Counted from the first letter of the stretch, positions 52,259-62,314 are shown. The stretch is 64,000 bases of DNA from Campylobacterota bacterium (GCA_034659595.1 JAYEHQ010000076.1:2165-66164); one strand, 5' to 3'. A program made the numbers and translations. The notes: generated from the letters alone by a model not told the origin.

Positions 52259-54274
52259 ATGTTTAAACCATTATTGATTGAGATAGGTGTTGAAGAGCTT
52301 CCAGCAGTTCCACTTTTAAAAGAGTTAAAAAATATTGAGAAGAAATTTTCCGATATATTAGAAAAAAATTCACTTTTAGGTGAATTTGAATTTTACTATA
52401 CTCCTCGTCGTTTAGTTATTTGGCAAAGAGAATTTAAAACTTCACAAGATGATAGTATGGAAGAATTTTTTGGTGCGCCTATAGCCATAGCATATAAAGA
52501 TGGTGCAGCAACTAATGCAGCTTTAGGTTTTGCTAAAAAATGTGGTGTAGATATTTCTGAGATAGGTGTTGGTGAGAAAAAAGGTAAAGAGGTGCTTTAC
52601 TATAAAAAAGAGATAAAAGGTAAAGCATCTACAGAACTTTTAGAAGAGATGATAAATGAATGGATAAAGTCTTTAACATTTGGTAAGTCTATGAGATGGG
52701 GTAATAGTAGTGAAAGCTTTATTAGACCAATTCGCTGGCTAAATGTGATGCTAGGTGATGAACTTGTAGATATGAATATTTTTGGAGTTAAATCTTCTAA
52801 AACTACTTTTGTTCACCGTATTAGCAATTTTGAAGCTATAAATATTAATGGTGCAAAAGAGTATTTTGAAGTTCTTAAAAATGGTGGTGTTACTCTTTTT
52901 GCTGATGATAGAAAAAAGAAGATTTTATCAGATTTTGCATCTTTAGAAAAAGAAAATGAAGTAGCAATAGATATAGATACAGAGCTTTTAAATGAAGTTG
53001 TTGCTATTACTGAAAATCCTACTGCACTTTTAGGTTCATTTGACGAAGAATTTTTAAGACTTCCACCTGAAGTTATCATAACATCTATGAAGGAGCATCA
53101 GAGATATTTTCCAGTATTTAAAGATGGGAAATTAATCAATAAATTTTGTGTAGTTTCAAATGCTTTAACTGATGATTTTACTCATGTAATAGAGGGAAAT
53201 GAGAGAGTTTTAAGACCTCGTTTAGCTGATGGGCTTTTCTTTTTAGATAATGACTTAAGAGATGGTCTAAAAACTGATGGACTTGAAAAAGCTGTATTTA
53301 TGAATGGTTTAGGAAGTATTGCTGATAAGATACAAAGAGAGATTAAAATTTCTGAGATTCTTGCTTCTAAATATAAACTTGAAGATACTAAATCTCTAAA
53401 CAGAGCTATGAGTTTAGCAAAAGCAGATCTTACAAGTGAAATGGTTTATGAGTTTACAGAACTTCAAGGGCTTATGGGTTATTACTATGCAAAAGAGCAG
53501 GGTGAAAATGATGAAGTAGCTATTGCTATAAAAGAGCAGTATTTGCCAGATGGTGAAGATAGTGACTTACCAAGTAGTAAAATGAGTGCAATAGTAGCTA
53601 TGAGTATAAAACTAGATACTCTTTTAGGTTTATTTAGTATCAATCAAATACCTACAGGTTCTCGTGATCCTTTTGCACTTCGTCGAGCTGTAAATGGTCT
53701 TATAAAAATTGTAAATGATCAAAATATTGAATTTGATATTGTTGAAACTATGAAAGAATTATCTGTTGGATATGCTGAGATAGATATGCAAAAACTTGAA
53801 CAATTCTTTTTAGAGCGAGTAAAACAGTATTATAAAGTAAATCCTTCAGTTGTTGAAGCAGTTTTAGCATCTGGAGAGAGAGAACTTTTGGCACTTGGGA
53901 AAAAGATAGTTTCTCTTGATACTTTAGTTCAAAGTGATGGATTTAGTGAAATTTTTTCAACATTTAAAAGAGTTGCAAATATTACAAAAGATTTAGATTT
54001 AAGTGTTGATATAGAAGTTGATGATAATCTTTTAAGTGAAGATGCTGAAAAGGTTTTAAATCAAGCGTATAAAGATGTAGTAGATAAAGTTTATGATTCT
54101 TATGAAGAGGAATTAGATGCTTTACTTGGGCTTAAACCTCAGATTGATTCTTTTTTCGAGACGGTTATGGTAAATGTAGAAGATGAAGCTATAAAAAATA
54201 ATCGTAAATCTTTAATTGCTTCTATTTATAAAAGTATTTTAAAAATAGCAGATATAAAAGAAGTTTCTATCTAA
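52259..54274 (+). CDS. glyS: Glycine--tRNA ligase beta subunit
   Basis: LLIEIGVEELP, TPRRL, MRWG, GNERVLRPRLAD, EFTELQG, PTGSRDPFALRR. Confidence 0.97.
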   Translation: MFKPLLIEIGVEELPAVPLLKELKNIEKKFSDILEKNSLLGEFEFYYTPRRLVIWQREFKTSQDDSMEEFFGAPIAIAYKDGAATNAALGFAKKCGVDISEIGVGEKKGKEVLYYKKEIKGKASTELLEEMINEWIKSLTFGKSMRWGNSSESFIRPIRWLNVMLGDELVDMNIFGVKSSKTTFVHRISNFEAININGAKEYFEVLKNGGVTLFADDRKKKILSDFASLEKENEVAIDIDTELLNEVVAITENPTALLGSFDEEFLRLPPEVIITSMKEHQRYFPVFKDGKLINKFCVVSNALTDDFTHVIEGNERVLRPRLADGLFFLDNDLRDGLKTDGLEKAVFMNGLGSIADKIQREIKISEILASKYKLEDTKSLNRAMSLAKADLTSEMVYEFTELQGLMGYYYAKEQGENDEVAIAIKEQYLPDGEDSDLPSSKMSAIVAMSIKLDTLLGLFSINQIPTGSRDPFALRRAVNGLIKIVNDQNIEFDIVETMKELSVGYAEIDMQKLEQFFLERVKQYYKVNPSVVEAVLASGERELLALGKKIVSLDTLVQSDGFSEIFSTFKRVANITKDLDLSVDIEVDDNLLSEDAEKVLNQAYKDVVDKVYDSYEEELDALLGLKPQIDSFFETVMVNVEDEAIKNNRKSLIASIYKSILKIADIKEVSI

Positions 54275-54281
54275 TTTTATA

Positions 54282-54342
54282 CTCCATAATGAGCGAAGCC
54301 CATTATGGAGGCATGGACTGGAGTCCATACAACCCCCTGAAG
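54282..54342 (-). repeat. Intergenic two-hairpin repeat element, copy B
   Basis: CTCCATAATG/CATTATGGAG stem, GC, ATGGAC/GTCCAT stem, ACAACCCCCTGAAG. Confidence 0.8.
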
Positions 54343-54346
54343 TCAG

Positions 54347-54469
54347 TTATTTAATAGGAAATGCTAGTGAAAATAGTATAGTGTCAAGACCAGCATTTGG
54401 TTTTTTGATACCTGCATTTGAGTAATGAAAATAGGTTAAGCCTATATCAAATGATTTTGTTTTAATCCC
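54347..54469 (-). pseudogene. pagL: 3' remnant of lipid A 3-O-deacylase (PagL family)
   Basis: GIKTKSFDIGLTYFHYSNAGIKKPNAGLDTILFSLAFPIK* carries HxSNAGxxxPNxG; in-frame TGA at 54482-54484 and no start codon. Confidence 0.8.
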
Positions 54470-54546
54470 ATTATATATAGTTCAAAATATTAGTTGTATT
54501 GTACTTAATTTTAGGTTAAAATAGTGAAGAATTATTAAATAGGAAT

Positions 54547-55641
54547 ATGATGTATGATATAGCTATAATAGGTGCTGGGATTAATGGATGTAGTGTTGCT
54601 TATGAGTTTAGTAGTGTAGGTAAGAGAGTGGTTATTTTTGATAAAGATAATATAGCAAGTGGTGGTAGTGGTGCAGCTGGTGCTTTTATATCGCCTAAGT
54701 TTTCAAAAGCTGGTGAATTAAAAGAGTTGATTCATGATGCTTTTATTTATAGTATGAAATTTTATGAAAAAAACTTTTCTTCATTTTTAACAAAAGCACA
54801 ACTCATACATATAGCTCAAGATGAATCATCATCAGAAATTTTAAAAAAGTATAAAGAAAATACACCATTAACATTAAAAAAATCCCCATTTAAAACAGAT
54901 GAAGAAAATATATCTTTAGATGCTGGTATTGTAGATGCTAAAAAAGTATGTCAAGCTTTATCTAAGGATGCTAAATTTATAAAAGAAAATGTAGATAGTT
55001 TAGTATATGATAAAGGTAATTGGATAATCAATGAAAGACACATAGCTAAAAAAGTGATTTTAGCAACAGGTGCATATAAATCAGTAATGAAAGAGCCATA
55101 CATAAAACTTCGTGGTATTTGGGGGCATCGTTGCGATATTAAAACTACTACAAAAAATGAATATTCATTGCATCAGTTTGTATCTATTTCACCAAGTAAT
55201 GATGATATCTTAGCAATTGGAGCTACTCACAATATTCATTACCATCCAGATACTTCAGCATTACCTTATGATGTGCAAGAGGGTAGAACAGAATTGCTTG
55301 AAAAAGCTTCAAGGACAATAAATCTTGAAAATATAGAAATTATAAAAGATTATACAGGTTTACGGTCAGGCTCATTTGATTATATACCCATGCTTGGAAG
55401 AATTGTTTTATCATCTGAAACTTTATCTCTTGATGAGAGAAAATTAAAAACTAAAAAACCAAATTATGATGAATATACATACTATCCAAATCTTTATATG
55501 ATAAATGGAAATGGTGGTTATGGTTTTGTACTTGCTCCATATTTGGCAAAAATGCTAAGTGAAGAGATATTAGAAGATAAAAAAATAAGTGATAGATTAA
55601 GCCCAGCAAGATTTTTTGCTCGATGGGCTAAGAAGCGTTAG
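54547..55641 (+). CDS. FAD-dependent oxidoreductase, DAO family, resembling the MnmC C-terminal domain
   Basis: IIGAGING, ASGGSG, IGAT, GLR, GGYGFVLAP. Confidence 0.8.
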   Translation: MMYDIAIIGAGINGCSVAYEFSSVGKRVVIFDKDNIASGGSGAAGAFISPKFSKAGELKELIHDAFIYSMKFYEKNFSSFLTKAQLIHIAQDESSSEILKKYKENTPLTLKKSPFKTDEENISLDAGIVDAKKVCQALSKDAKFIKENVDSLVYDKGNWIINERHIAKKVILATGAYKSVMKEPYIKLRGIWGHRCDIKTTTKNEYSLHQFVSISPSNDDILAIGATHNIHYHPDTSALPYDVQEGRTELLEKASRTINLENIEIIKDYTGLRSGSFDYIPMLGRIVLSSETLSLDERKLKTKKPNYDEYTYYPNLYMINGNGGYGFVLAPYLAKMLSEEILEDKKISDRLSPARFFARWAKKR

Positions 55642-56372
55642 TCTATTCTTTGAATTTCTGGAGGATTTGTAGAAAATATTTTTTTAAATGCAGCTCCTCT
55701 AGTTGTTCTAGCTTTTCCTGAAGCTAAAGGTTCTAAAAAATAAGCTTTTGCAATACATTCATCTTCATTAAAGTTTCTATCATGAATATATACAACTTTT
55801 TTACCAAGCTTTTGGGCTTGTTCAGCCAAGTTTCTTGAATATACATAAGTATTTATATACTCTTTGTCATATTTATGACCACTACCAAAAAATACAAATT
55901 TACCAGTTAATCGGATATTTAGGTAGTCTTGATAATTTAACTCTTTGTCAAAAATTGTAAGTTGTTTAGATGTATATCTATCTAAATCTATTTCAAATTT
56001 ATCTATGATAGAAGTACCTTGAATGTCAGGTAGATTAAGGTTAAAAAGATATTTAATCTCTACTAGTTTACCTTTATACTCTTTTTTCATAGCTTGATAC
56101 ATTAAATGGTGTATATCAGCTGGGTTTAGTTCATGAAATTTATCATCAAATTCAAACTCTTGTTCTGTAAGTGTAGAATCCATATTGTAACCTACTGGTG
56201 ATATTGCTGGATTATAAAGTATTACTGTCCCTGCTACTGTTTTACGCTTTTTTTTAAGCATCTGTTCAAGCTCTTCTATATCTATTTTCTCTTCATCAGA
56301 ATTAATATATATAAAATGTTGTGTTAAGTATTCATTTTCAAAAGTTGTTTTGTATTTACCAAATGCTTGCAT
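55638..56372 (-). CDS. Hypothetical protein
   Basis: 244-aa ORF with AAAGG SD; no confident family. Confidence 0.75.
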   Translation of the reverse strand: MQAFGKYKTTFENEYLTQHFIYINSDEEKIDIEELEQMLKKKRKTVAGTVILYNPAISPVGYNMDSTLTEQEFEFDDKFHELNPADIHHLMYQAMKKEYKGKLVEIKYLFNLNLPDIQGTSIIDKFEIDLDRYTSKQLTIFDKELNYQDYLNIRLTGKFVFFGSGHKYDKEYINTYVYSRNLAEQAQKLGKKVVYIHDRNFNEDECIAKAYFLEPLASGKARTTRGAAFKKIFSTNPPEIQRID

Positions 56373-56486
56373 CTGTTGCCTTTTAGTGTATAATGTCGAA
56401 TGATTTATTTAATATACGCGATTTTAACTTCTTTTGTATTAGGGTTTGCTTTTTATAACTATAAAAAAATAGTTGATGAAAAAGAC

Positions 56487-57296
56487 TTAAAGTAATTTTT
56501 GCATTAGCTCTATATGGTAATTTTCTTGAAAATTTATAAAGTCAAAAAACTTTGACAACTCTTCATCTTTTATAGCTTCACTTAGTGCTAGACACATCTC
56601 TTTTGCCGCTATCTCTTCTGAAATACCATCTTTTATAAATTGTTCTAAATCTTCTACAACATAAGTCATCTCATGAAGTTGGCGTGGTAGTGCTAAAATA
56701 CCTAGTTTTGACATCATATTTGCAAATGATTTCAGATGAAAATGTGATTCATCAATAAGGTCTTGAAATACATTGTAATGTTTGATGTCATTAGTGCGAG
56801 CTTGCATATATGCATAAACTAAGATAAGTTCATACTCTTTATAAGATTCATCAAATAAAAATATAGTCAAGGCATCTATCTGATCTTGTGCTAAATTTTT
56901 ATCTAGCCATTTTCTTTTCATATTAAAAGCGGTAATCTCTTGATTATTAGATTCATTTTGTAATATTTGTGAGATATATTCTAGTAAGTAATCATCATCA
57001 GTTTTCATTCTATTACCTAGAGCATTGTTTGGATATGTACTTTGTATATTTTGTATTTCCTCTTTTAATGGTTCAATTATCTCAAAAACAGAATTTTGTC
57101 TATATAAAATCATATCTCTATCATAATTATAATTATTTTTATTTTCTAAAATATCTTCACTTAACCATTTCATATGACGAAATGCTATTTGTGCAAAATC
57201 ATAAAGTCTTGATTTTATCTCTTCATCATTTATAGCAAAAGATGCGAAATTTATACTTAACCAAAGTTCATGTTTTTTTTGAAATAACTTATCCAT
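56487..57296 (-). CDS. Tandem ferritin-like iron-binding protein
   Basis: Helical; KEYE, IDESHFH, SEEIAA and QENYH carboxylate/His pattern in the C-terminal half. Confidence 0.75.
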   Translation of the reverse strand: MDKLFQKKHELWLSINFASFAINDEEIKSRLYDFAQIAFRHMKWLSEDILENKNNYNYDRDMILYRQNSVFEIIEPLKEEIQNIQSTYPNNALGNRMKTDDDYLLEYISQILQNESNNQEITAFNMKRKWLDKNLAQDQIDALTIFLFDESYKEYELILVYAYMQARTNDIKHYNVFQDLIDESHFHLKSFANMMSKLGILALPRQLHEMTYVVEDLEQFIKDGISEEIAAKEMCLALSEAIKDEELSKFFDFINFQENYHIELMQKLL

Positions 57297-57762
57297 TATC
57301 TTCTCCTAGAGGCATATTTTTAGCTTCACAGCTTTCTTTCATTTTGAAAAGATGTAATTCTTCATCTTTTCCCTCTTTTAAATTTTCAAAGTTTTTAAGA
57401 GATGCAAGAAAAGCAGAAAAAACTATCTCAGCACATATTTTTTGTTGAGGGGTTAATTCACCTAATTTTTCATACATCTTAGCAATTGCACCATTAGCAT
57501 AATCAATATCATTATCTTTAATCATCTCTGTAAACATTGAACCTATAACAACAGTATCTTGACAGCCATTTGTAGCAAATCTAACATCTTTTATAATTCC
57601 ATTGTCTAAAATAGTATAAAAAATAACATATTCTTTAGTTTTTTCATCAAGTGCTACACCGATACAACTAGGCTTTTCAAGTTTTCCATAATTTTTAGGA
57701 TTCATCAAATGTTCAAGTGTTTCAGTACTCATTCCATCTGGCATTTTTACATTTTCATACAT
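57289..57762 (-). CDS. IscU/NifU-N-like protein with degenerate ligand set
   Basis: EHLMNPKNYG, IKDVRFATNGC, SMFTEMIK, KICA. Confidence 0.8.
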   Translation of the reverse strand: MYENVKMPDGMSTETLEHLMNPKNYGKLEKPSCIGVALDEKTKEYVIFYTILDNGIIKDVRFATNGCQDTVVIGSMFTEMIKDNDIDYANGAIAKMYEKLGELTPQQKICAEIVFSAFLASLKNFENLKEGKDEELHLFKMKESCEAKNMPLGEDNG

Positions 57763-57805
57763 AATAATTCTCTATTTTGGTTTTGAGTATTTTATACTAA
57801 TATAG

Positions 57806-58516
57806 TTAATACTTTATTTTAGCTAGATAAAGTCCATTGCTTTTAGCAGGTTTTACTTTATAGTTTTTTTGACAATTTAATTGTTCTATGATTTGATTTT
57901 CATCCAAATTTAAAATACTTGCGACCATGAGTCTTATTTGACTTCTTAAAAATCCATTTGCTTCAAAATTTAAAACTATATAGTCTTTATATTTATATGC
58001 AAAAGCTTTATAGATAATTCTTGTAGTTGAGTTAATGTCACTTCCTGTTTTCATAAAATATTTGAAATCTCGTTCACCAACAAAAAGCTTGATATTGTTT
58101 TGTATTTTTTGTATATCACAAGAGTTTAAAAAAGTTATAAAATCATTTTCAAAAGGGTTTGATGGAGAGTTTTTTATTATATATCTATATACTCTTTTTT
58201 TAGCATCATATCGTGCATGAAAATTATCAGTTTCTTTTTTTATTTTTACTATAGAGATAGAGGAGGGTAACATAGAGTTTAAAACTCTTTTTAGTTTACT
58301 TAAATCATTCCAAAAATTTGGTAAATCAATATGGCACACTTGTCCAGTAGCATGAACACCTTTATCTGTTCTCCCACTTGCAACTATTTTTGATTTTACA
58401 TTGATTTGTAAAAGAATTTTTTCAAGATTTCCAAGTATAGTGTTGGGTGTCTCTTTTTGTTGTTGTGAACCTAAAAAATTTGTGCCATTGTATGCGATGG
58501 TTAAAGAGCATCGCAT
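57806..58516 (-). CDS. truA: tRNA pseudouridine(38-40) synthase
   Basis: SGRTDKGVHA, FHARY, GFLRSQIR, GLYL. Confidence 0.95.
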   Translation of the reverse strand: MRCSLTIAYNGTNFLGSQQQKETPNTILGNLEKILLQINVKSKIVASGRTDKGVHATGQVCHIDLPNFWNDLSKLKRVLNSMLPSSISIVKIKKETDNFHARYDAKKRVYRYIIKNSPSNPFENDFITFLNSCDIQKIQNNIKLFVGERDFKYFMKTGSDINSTTRIIYKAFAYKYKDYIVLNFEANGFLRSQIRLMVASILNLDENQIIEQLNCQKNYKVKPAKSNGLYLAKIKY

Positions 58517-59553
58517 TAAAATTTTGCAACTATTGTTTTTCTATAAAGTATATAAGATACTCCTATCCATAAGATAGTAACAAGAGGTATTGAATAAAAT
58601 CCAAAAGTTTTTTGAAGACCAAAACTAGCACCATAATAGACTAAAGTTCCTAAAAATAGATATAAATAGATTTTTGTTTTTTGATGTCTAACATGTACTA
58701 TACCAATACTTAAAACTACAAAAAGTGATAAAATAGGAAAAATACTTAGTAGAATATTAGTAATAAGCATTTTTTTCTTTTTAGGGTTAATTGGATAGTC
58801 TTGCCAATATTTAATAGGTGTTTTATATGTAATTAATGAATTTTTTGAAGATGCATCAGATGAATCATTTAGGTATAAAGTATCAAAATCTATTTGAGAG
58901 AATTTTTCAGATGAATAAGTATAACCTTGACCATTTTCTAGTTTAAGTTTTAAAATACCATTTATATTTAATATTTTAGCTTTTTTAGCTACTATAATAG
59001 ATTCTTCTTGAATGTTTTTATTGAATAAAAATATATTAGAATAAGTTTTATTTTCATTTTTATTTTCATCACCAACATAAAGTAGCCAATCTCCAAATTT
59101 ATGTCCATACTCTGAAGCCGATAAATTAAATGATGCTTCAATTTTTTTGTATTTTATGAAATTTTTTGAAAGAACTTTAGCGTGTGGAAAAAGGATAAAA
59201 AAGTTAAATGCTAAAAGTATAGTTAGAAATAGGGCAGGTTTAAGAAGAATACTCAGTATATTTTTTGGATGTATTCCTAGTGAGAAGAGTACTACAATCT
59301 CATTATCGTTAGATAGTTTAAAGAGTGTTAGAGTAGAAGCTACAAAAAAACTAATAGGTAAAGTATAAAATAATAGTTCTGGTAAAATAAATATATAAAG
59401 CTTTAATAGTTCAAGAATATCAATCTGAATAACGGCTGTATATGTCGCTAGCTTTATCATAAATATTACAGATGCTATAGAAAAAAGAGGTAGAAATATT
59501 GATAAAAATAGTATGGATAGATTTTGAATTATATACTTTTGAAGTTGTTTCAT
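58516..59553 (-). CDS. lptF: LptF/LptG family permease
   Basis: Three TM helices, periplasmic domain, three TM helices; LSNDNEIVVLFSLG. Confidence 0.85.
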   Translation of the reverse strand: MKQLQKYIIQNLSILFLSIFLPLFSIASVIFMIKLATYTAVIQIDILELLKLYIFILPELLFYTLPISFFVASTLTLFKLSNDNEIVVLFSLGIHPKNILSILLKPALFLTILLAFNFFILFPHAKVLSKNFIKYKKIEASFNLSASEYGHKFGDWLLYVGDENKNENKTYSNIFLFNKNIQEESIIVAKKAKILNINGILKLKLENGQGYTYSSEKFSQIDFDTLYLNDSSDASSKNSLITYKTPIKYWQDYPINPKKKKMLITNILLSIFPILSLFVVLSIGIVHVRHQKTKIYLYLFLGTLVYYGASFGLQKTFGFYSIPLVTILWIGVSYILYRKTIVAKF

Positions 59554-60369
59554 TTAGTAGTTAGCCTCTATATATGCTAAAATAGGACTATCATATATAT
59601 AGACAATAAATGTAGCGACACTTAAGAATGGTACAAATGGAACTCTTTGTTCCTCAGCTGATTTATTTAAAAGTAAAAGCATGATTGGAAGTGCTAAAAG
59701 TGCAGATAAAAATATAGCTACTAGTGTTAGTTTTATACCAAGTAATGCACCCATAGTTGCAGCTACCATAATATCACCTTCACCCATTGCTTCTATAAAT
59801 GGTGTTCTATCATAGTGTTTATTCCATGAAGTTTTAGTTTTAAGACCAGCTCTATATATAGATGATGTTAAGTAGTATGATAATGCAAATCTTAACAATG
59901 TAAAACCACCTGCAAAAAGTAAAGCATTTTGGAAGTTTAGAAAAACTCCATCTATATTCCATGCTCCAAAAATAGCAAAAACTATAGCTAAAAGATTTAG
60001 TGAATCTGGTACCATTTTATATTTAAAATCTATAATAGATAGAGCTAAAAGTGTTAAAAAACTAAAGGCTATCATAAGTTGCGGGAAGCCTACTCCTAGT
60101 TTAGAAGTTAGAGTTAAAAATATAAGACCTGATAATACCTCAACTATAGGGTATTGAATAGATATTTTAGCTTTACAGTAGGAGCATCTTCCTTTTAAAA
60201 ATATCCATGAAAAAAGTGGTATATTGTGCCATGGTTTTAATGGAGTGTTACAACTTATACAATGTGAAGATGTAAATATAACACTTTCACCTTTTGGTAT
60301 TCTAAGTATGACAACATTTAAAAATGATCCAAATACTAAACCAAATATAAAAGCAATAATTGATTCCAC
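59554..60369 (-). CDS. pilD: Prepilin peptidase
   Basis: GSFLNVVILRIP, two CxxC, IID, MGEGD, VPFVPFL. Confidence 0.92.
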   Translation of the reverse strand: MESIIAFIFGLVFGSFLNVVILRIPKGESVIFTSSHCISCNTPLKPWHNIPLFSWIFLKGRCSYCKAKISIQYPIVEVLSGLIFLTLTSKLGVGFPQLMIAFSFLTLLALSIIDFKYKMVPDSLNLLAIVFAIFGAWNIDGVFLNFQNALLFAGGFTLLRFALSYYLTSSIYRAGLKTKTSWNKHYDRTPFIEAMGEGDIMVAATMGALLGIKLTLVAIFLSALLALPIMLLLLNKSAEEQRVPFVPFLSVATFIVYIYDSPILAYIEANY

Positions 60370-61046
60370 TATTTTAAACCTCCAAAGCGTCTTTCAACTT
60401 TAGAAAACTCTTTGATTATTTTTTCTAAATATGTAGCATTAAAATCTGGCCATAAAGTATCGATAAAACAAAGTTCAGCATAAGCGATTTGAAATAGTAA
60501 AAAATTTGATACTCTATAATCTCCACCTGTACGGATTAATAAATCAACATCATCTTTGCAATCAAGTTCAGCACTTAACATCTCTTCAGTTATATTTCCA
60601 TCATGATTTTTTAGATTATTAACTGCTCTTACTATCTCATCTCTTGCACCATAATTTAGAGCTAATGATTGTATAAGACCATCACAATGTGCTGTTTTTT
60701 CTTCAACATCTTTTATTGTTTTTTGTAGTGATTTCGAGAAGCCTTTTATGTCACCAATTGATTCAAATTGAATATTATTATCAAGATAGTTTTGTAATTC
60801 ATTTTTTAAATATCTTTCTAAAAGTTTCATTAAAAATTCAACTTCTAAACGGGGTCTTTTCCAGTTTTCTGTTGAAAAGGCATAAAGTGTTAATCTTTCT
60901 ATATCCTCATGGTTTGAGCAGTAAGTTGTTATCTCTTTTACAACTTTAGCACCTTCTTCATGACCTTTAACCCTTTTTTTCCCTTGTAACTCTGCCCAAC
61001 GACCATTACCATCCATAATAATAGCTATATGTTTCGCTTTATTCAT
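60369..61046 (-). CDS. uppS: Undecaprenyl diphosphate synthase
   Basis: HIAIIMDGNGRWA, FSTENWKRP, LIRTGG, RRFGG. Confidence 0.97.
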   Translation of the reverse strand: MNKAKHIAIIMDGNGRWAELQGKKRVKGHEEGAKVVKEITTYCSNHEDIERLTLYAFSTENWKRPRLEVEFLMKLLERYLKNELQNYLDNNIQFESIGDIKGFSKSLQKTIKDVEEKTAHCDGLIQSLALNYGARDEIVRAVNNLKNHDGNITEEMLSAELDCKDDVDLLIRTGGDYRVSNFLLFQIAYAELCFIDTLWPDFNATYLEKIIKEFSKVERRFGGLK

Positions 61047-62314
61047 TATATTCTTTCTGCATGATTTAATATTTCAAATGCAACACTTAATTTATCTGTT
61101 TCTGGTATAGTTTCTTTTTTTTCATTAGTTATAAATTCTATTTTATTATTATCTGAACCAAAGCTAGATGAATCTTTTAAGACATTTAAACATACTGCAT
61201 CTAAATTCTTTCTGTTTATCATAGAAGTTGCATTTTTAAGTGCGACTTCTTCATCCATCTCTGCTTTAAAACCTATGGTGGTTATATCATTTTTATCTAC
61301 AGAACTTAAAATATCAATATTTTGTTTTAGGTTTAAACTAAACTCTTTACCTAAGTTTTCTTTTTTAAGTTTGCCTTCTTGTGTAAATGATGGAATATAG
61401 TCACTAACAGCTGCTACCATAAAAAGATATGGTTTTTTTTGTATAAGGTGTATATTTTCATCACTATTTAATGAAGCACGAGAAAGTTTCCCTTTTTTTG
61501 CTATGCGGATAGAATCAACTAAGTATTCATGCATCTCTGAAGAATCTTCTACTTTGATAGTGTGAATTTCATTTGGTATGGGAGTGTCAAATTTTGTAGA
61601 GATAAGATTTACATCTGCACCTTTACAATAAAGTGCGGTTGCAAGTGCTGAAGCCATTTTCCCACTTGAAAAATTAGAAATATAACGAACATCATCTATT
61701 TTTTCAATAGTTCCACCACCAGTTACCATAACCATTCTATCTTTATAAAAATCATTTTTAAGTAATTCACGACAAGCTTTAAAAAATATATTTATGGGTT
61801 CTGCCATTGCACCATCACCTGTAGTCTTACAAGCTAGTTCTTTTACCTGAGTATCTATAATCTCATAATTTGCAATATTTAGCATTTTTAAGTTAGCTTT
61901 ACTTATAGGATTATTTAACATATTTGTATTTGCAGATGGTGCAATGATTTTAGTGTTTGGATATGCTAATGCACATTGAAGTAAAATGTTATCAGCTATA
62001 GCATTAGCTAGTTTTGCAATAGTATTTGCGGTACAAGGAGCAATAATAAATAAATCTGCCCACTCAGTTATTTTTATATGATTATGATCATTTGTCCATG
62101 ATTCATTAGTATTATCTAAAATTTTATTTGATGTTAGTGTTTCAAAGCTGAGAGGAGTAACAAACTTTTTTGAAGCATCACTCATTACAACCCTAACATC
62201 AGCACCAGCTTTTGTTAGTAATCTAATGAGTTCTAATGATTTATAAACCGCTATAGAACCTGTTAAACCTAGTAGGATTTTTTTGTTCTTTAGTAAGTTT
62301 TGTGGAATCAGCAT
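61046..62314 (-). CDS. coaBC: Bifunctional CoaBC
   Basis: TGSIAVYK, APCTANT, IDDVRYISNFSSGKM, AAVSDY, GFKAE. Confidence 0.95.
   Translation of the reverse strand: MLIPQNLLKNKKILLGLTGSIAVYKSLELIRLLTKAGADVRVVMSDASKKFVTPLSFETLTSNKILDNTNESWTNDHNHIKITEWADLFIIAPCTANTIAKLANAIADNILLQCALAYPNTKIIAPSANTNMLNNPISKANLKMLNIANYEIIDTQVKELACKTTGDGAMAEPINIFFKACRELLKNDFYKDRMVMVTGGGTIEKIDDVRYISNFSSGKMASALATALYCKGADVNLISTKFDTPIPNEIHTIKVEDSSEMHEYLVDSIRIAKKGKLSRASLNSDENIHLIQKKPYLFMVAAVSDYIPSFTQEGKLKKENLGKEFSLNLKQNIDILSSVDKNDITTIGFKAEMDEEVALKNATSMINRKNLDAVCLNVLKDSSSFGSDNNKIEFITNEKKETIPETDKLSVAFEILNHAERI

Noticed and set aside
1525-60949. Many short antisense or off-frame ORFs in the track (for example 1525-1872, 4249-4506, 36171-36527, 48375-48641)
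   Set aside because: They lie inside or opposite well-supported genes and have no motifs; they are shadow ORFs.
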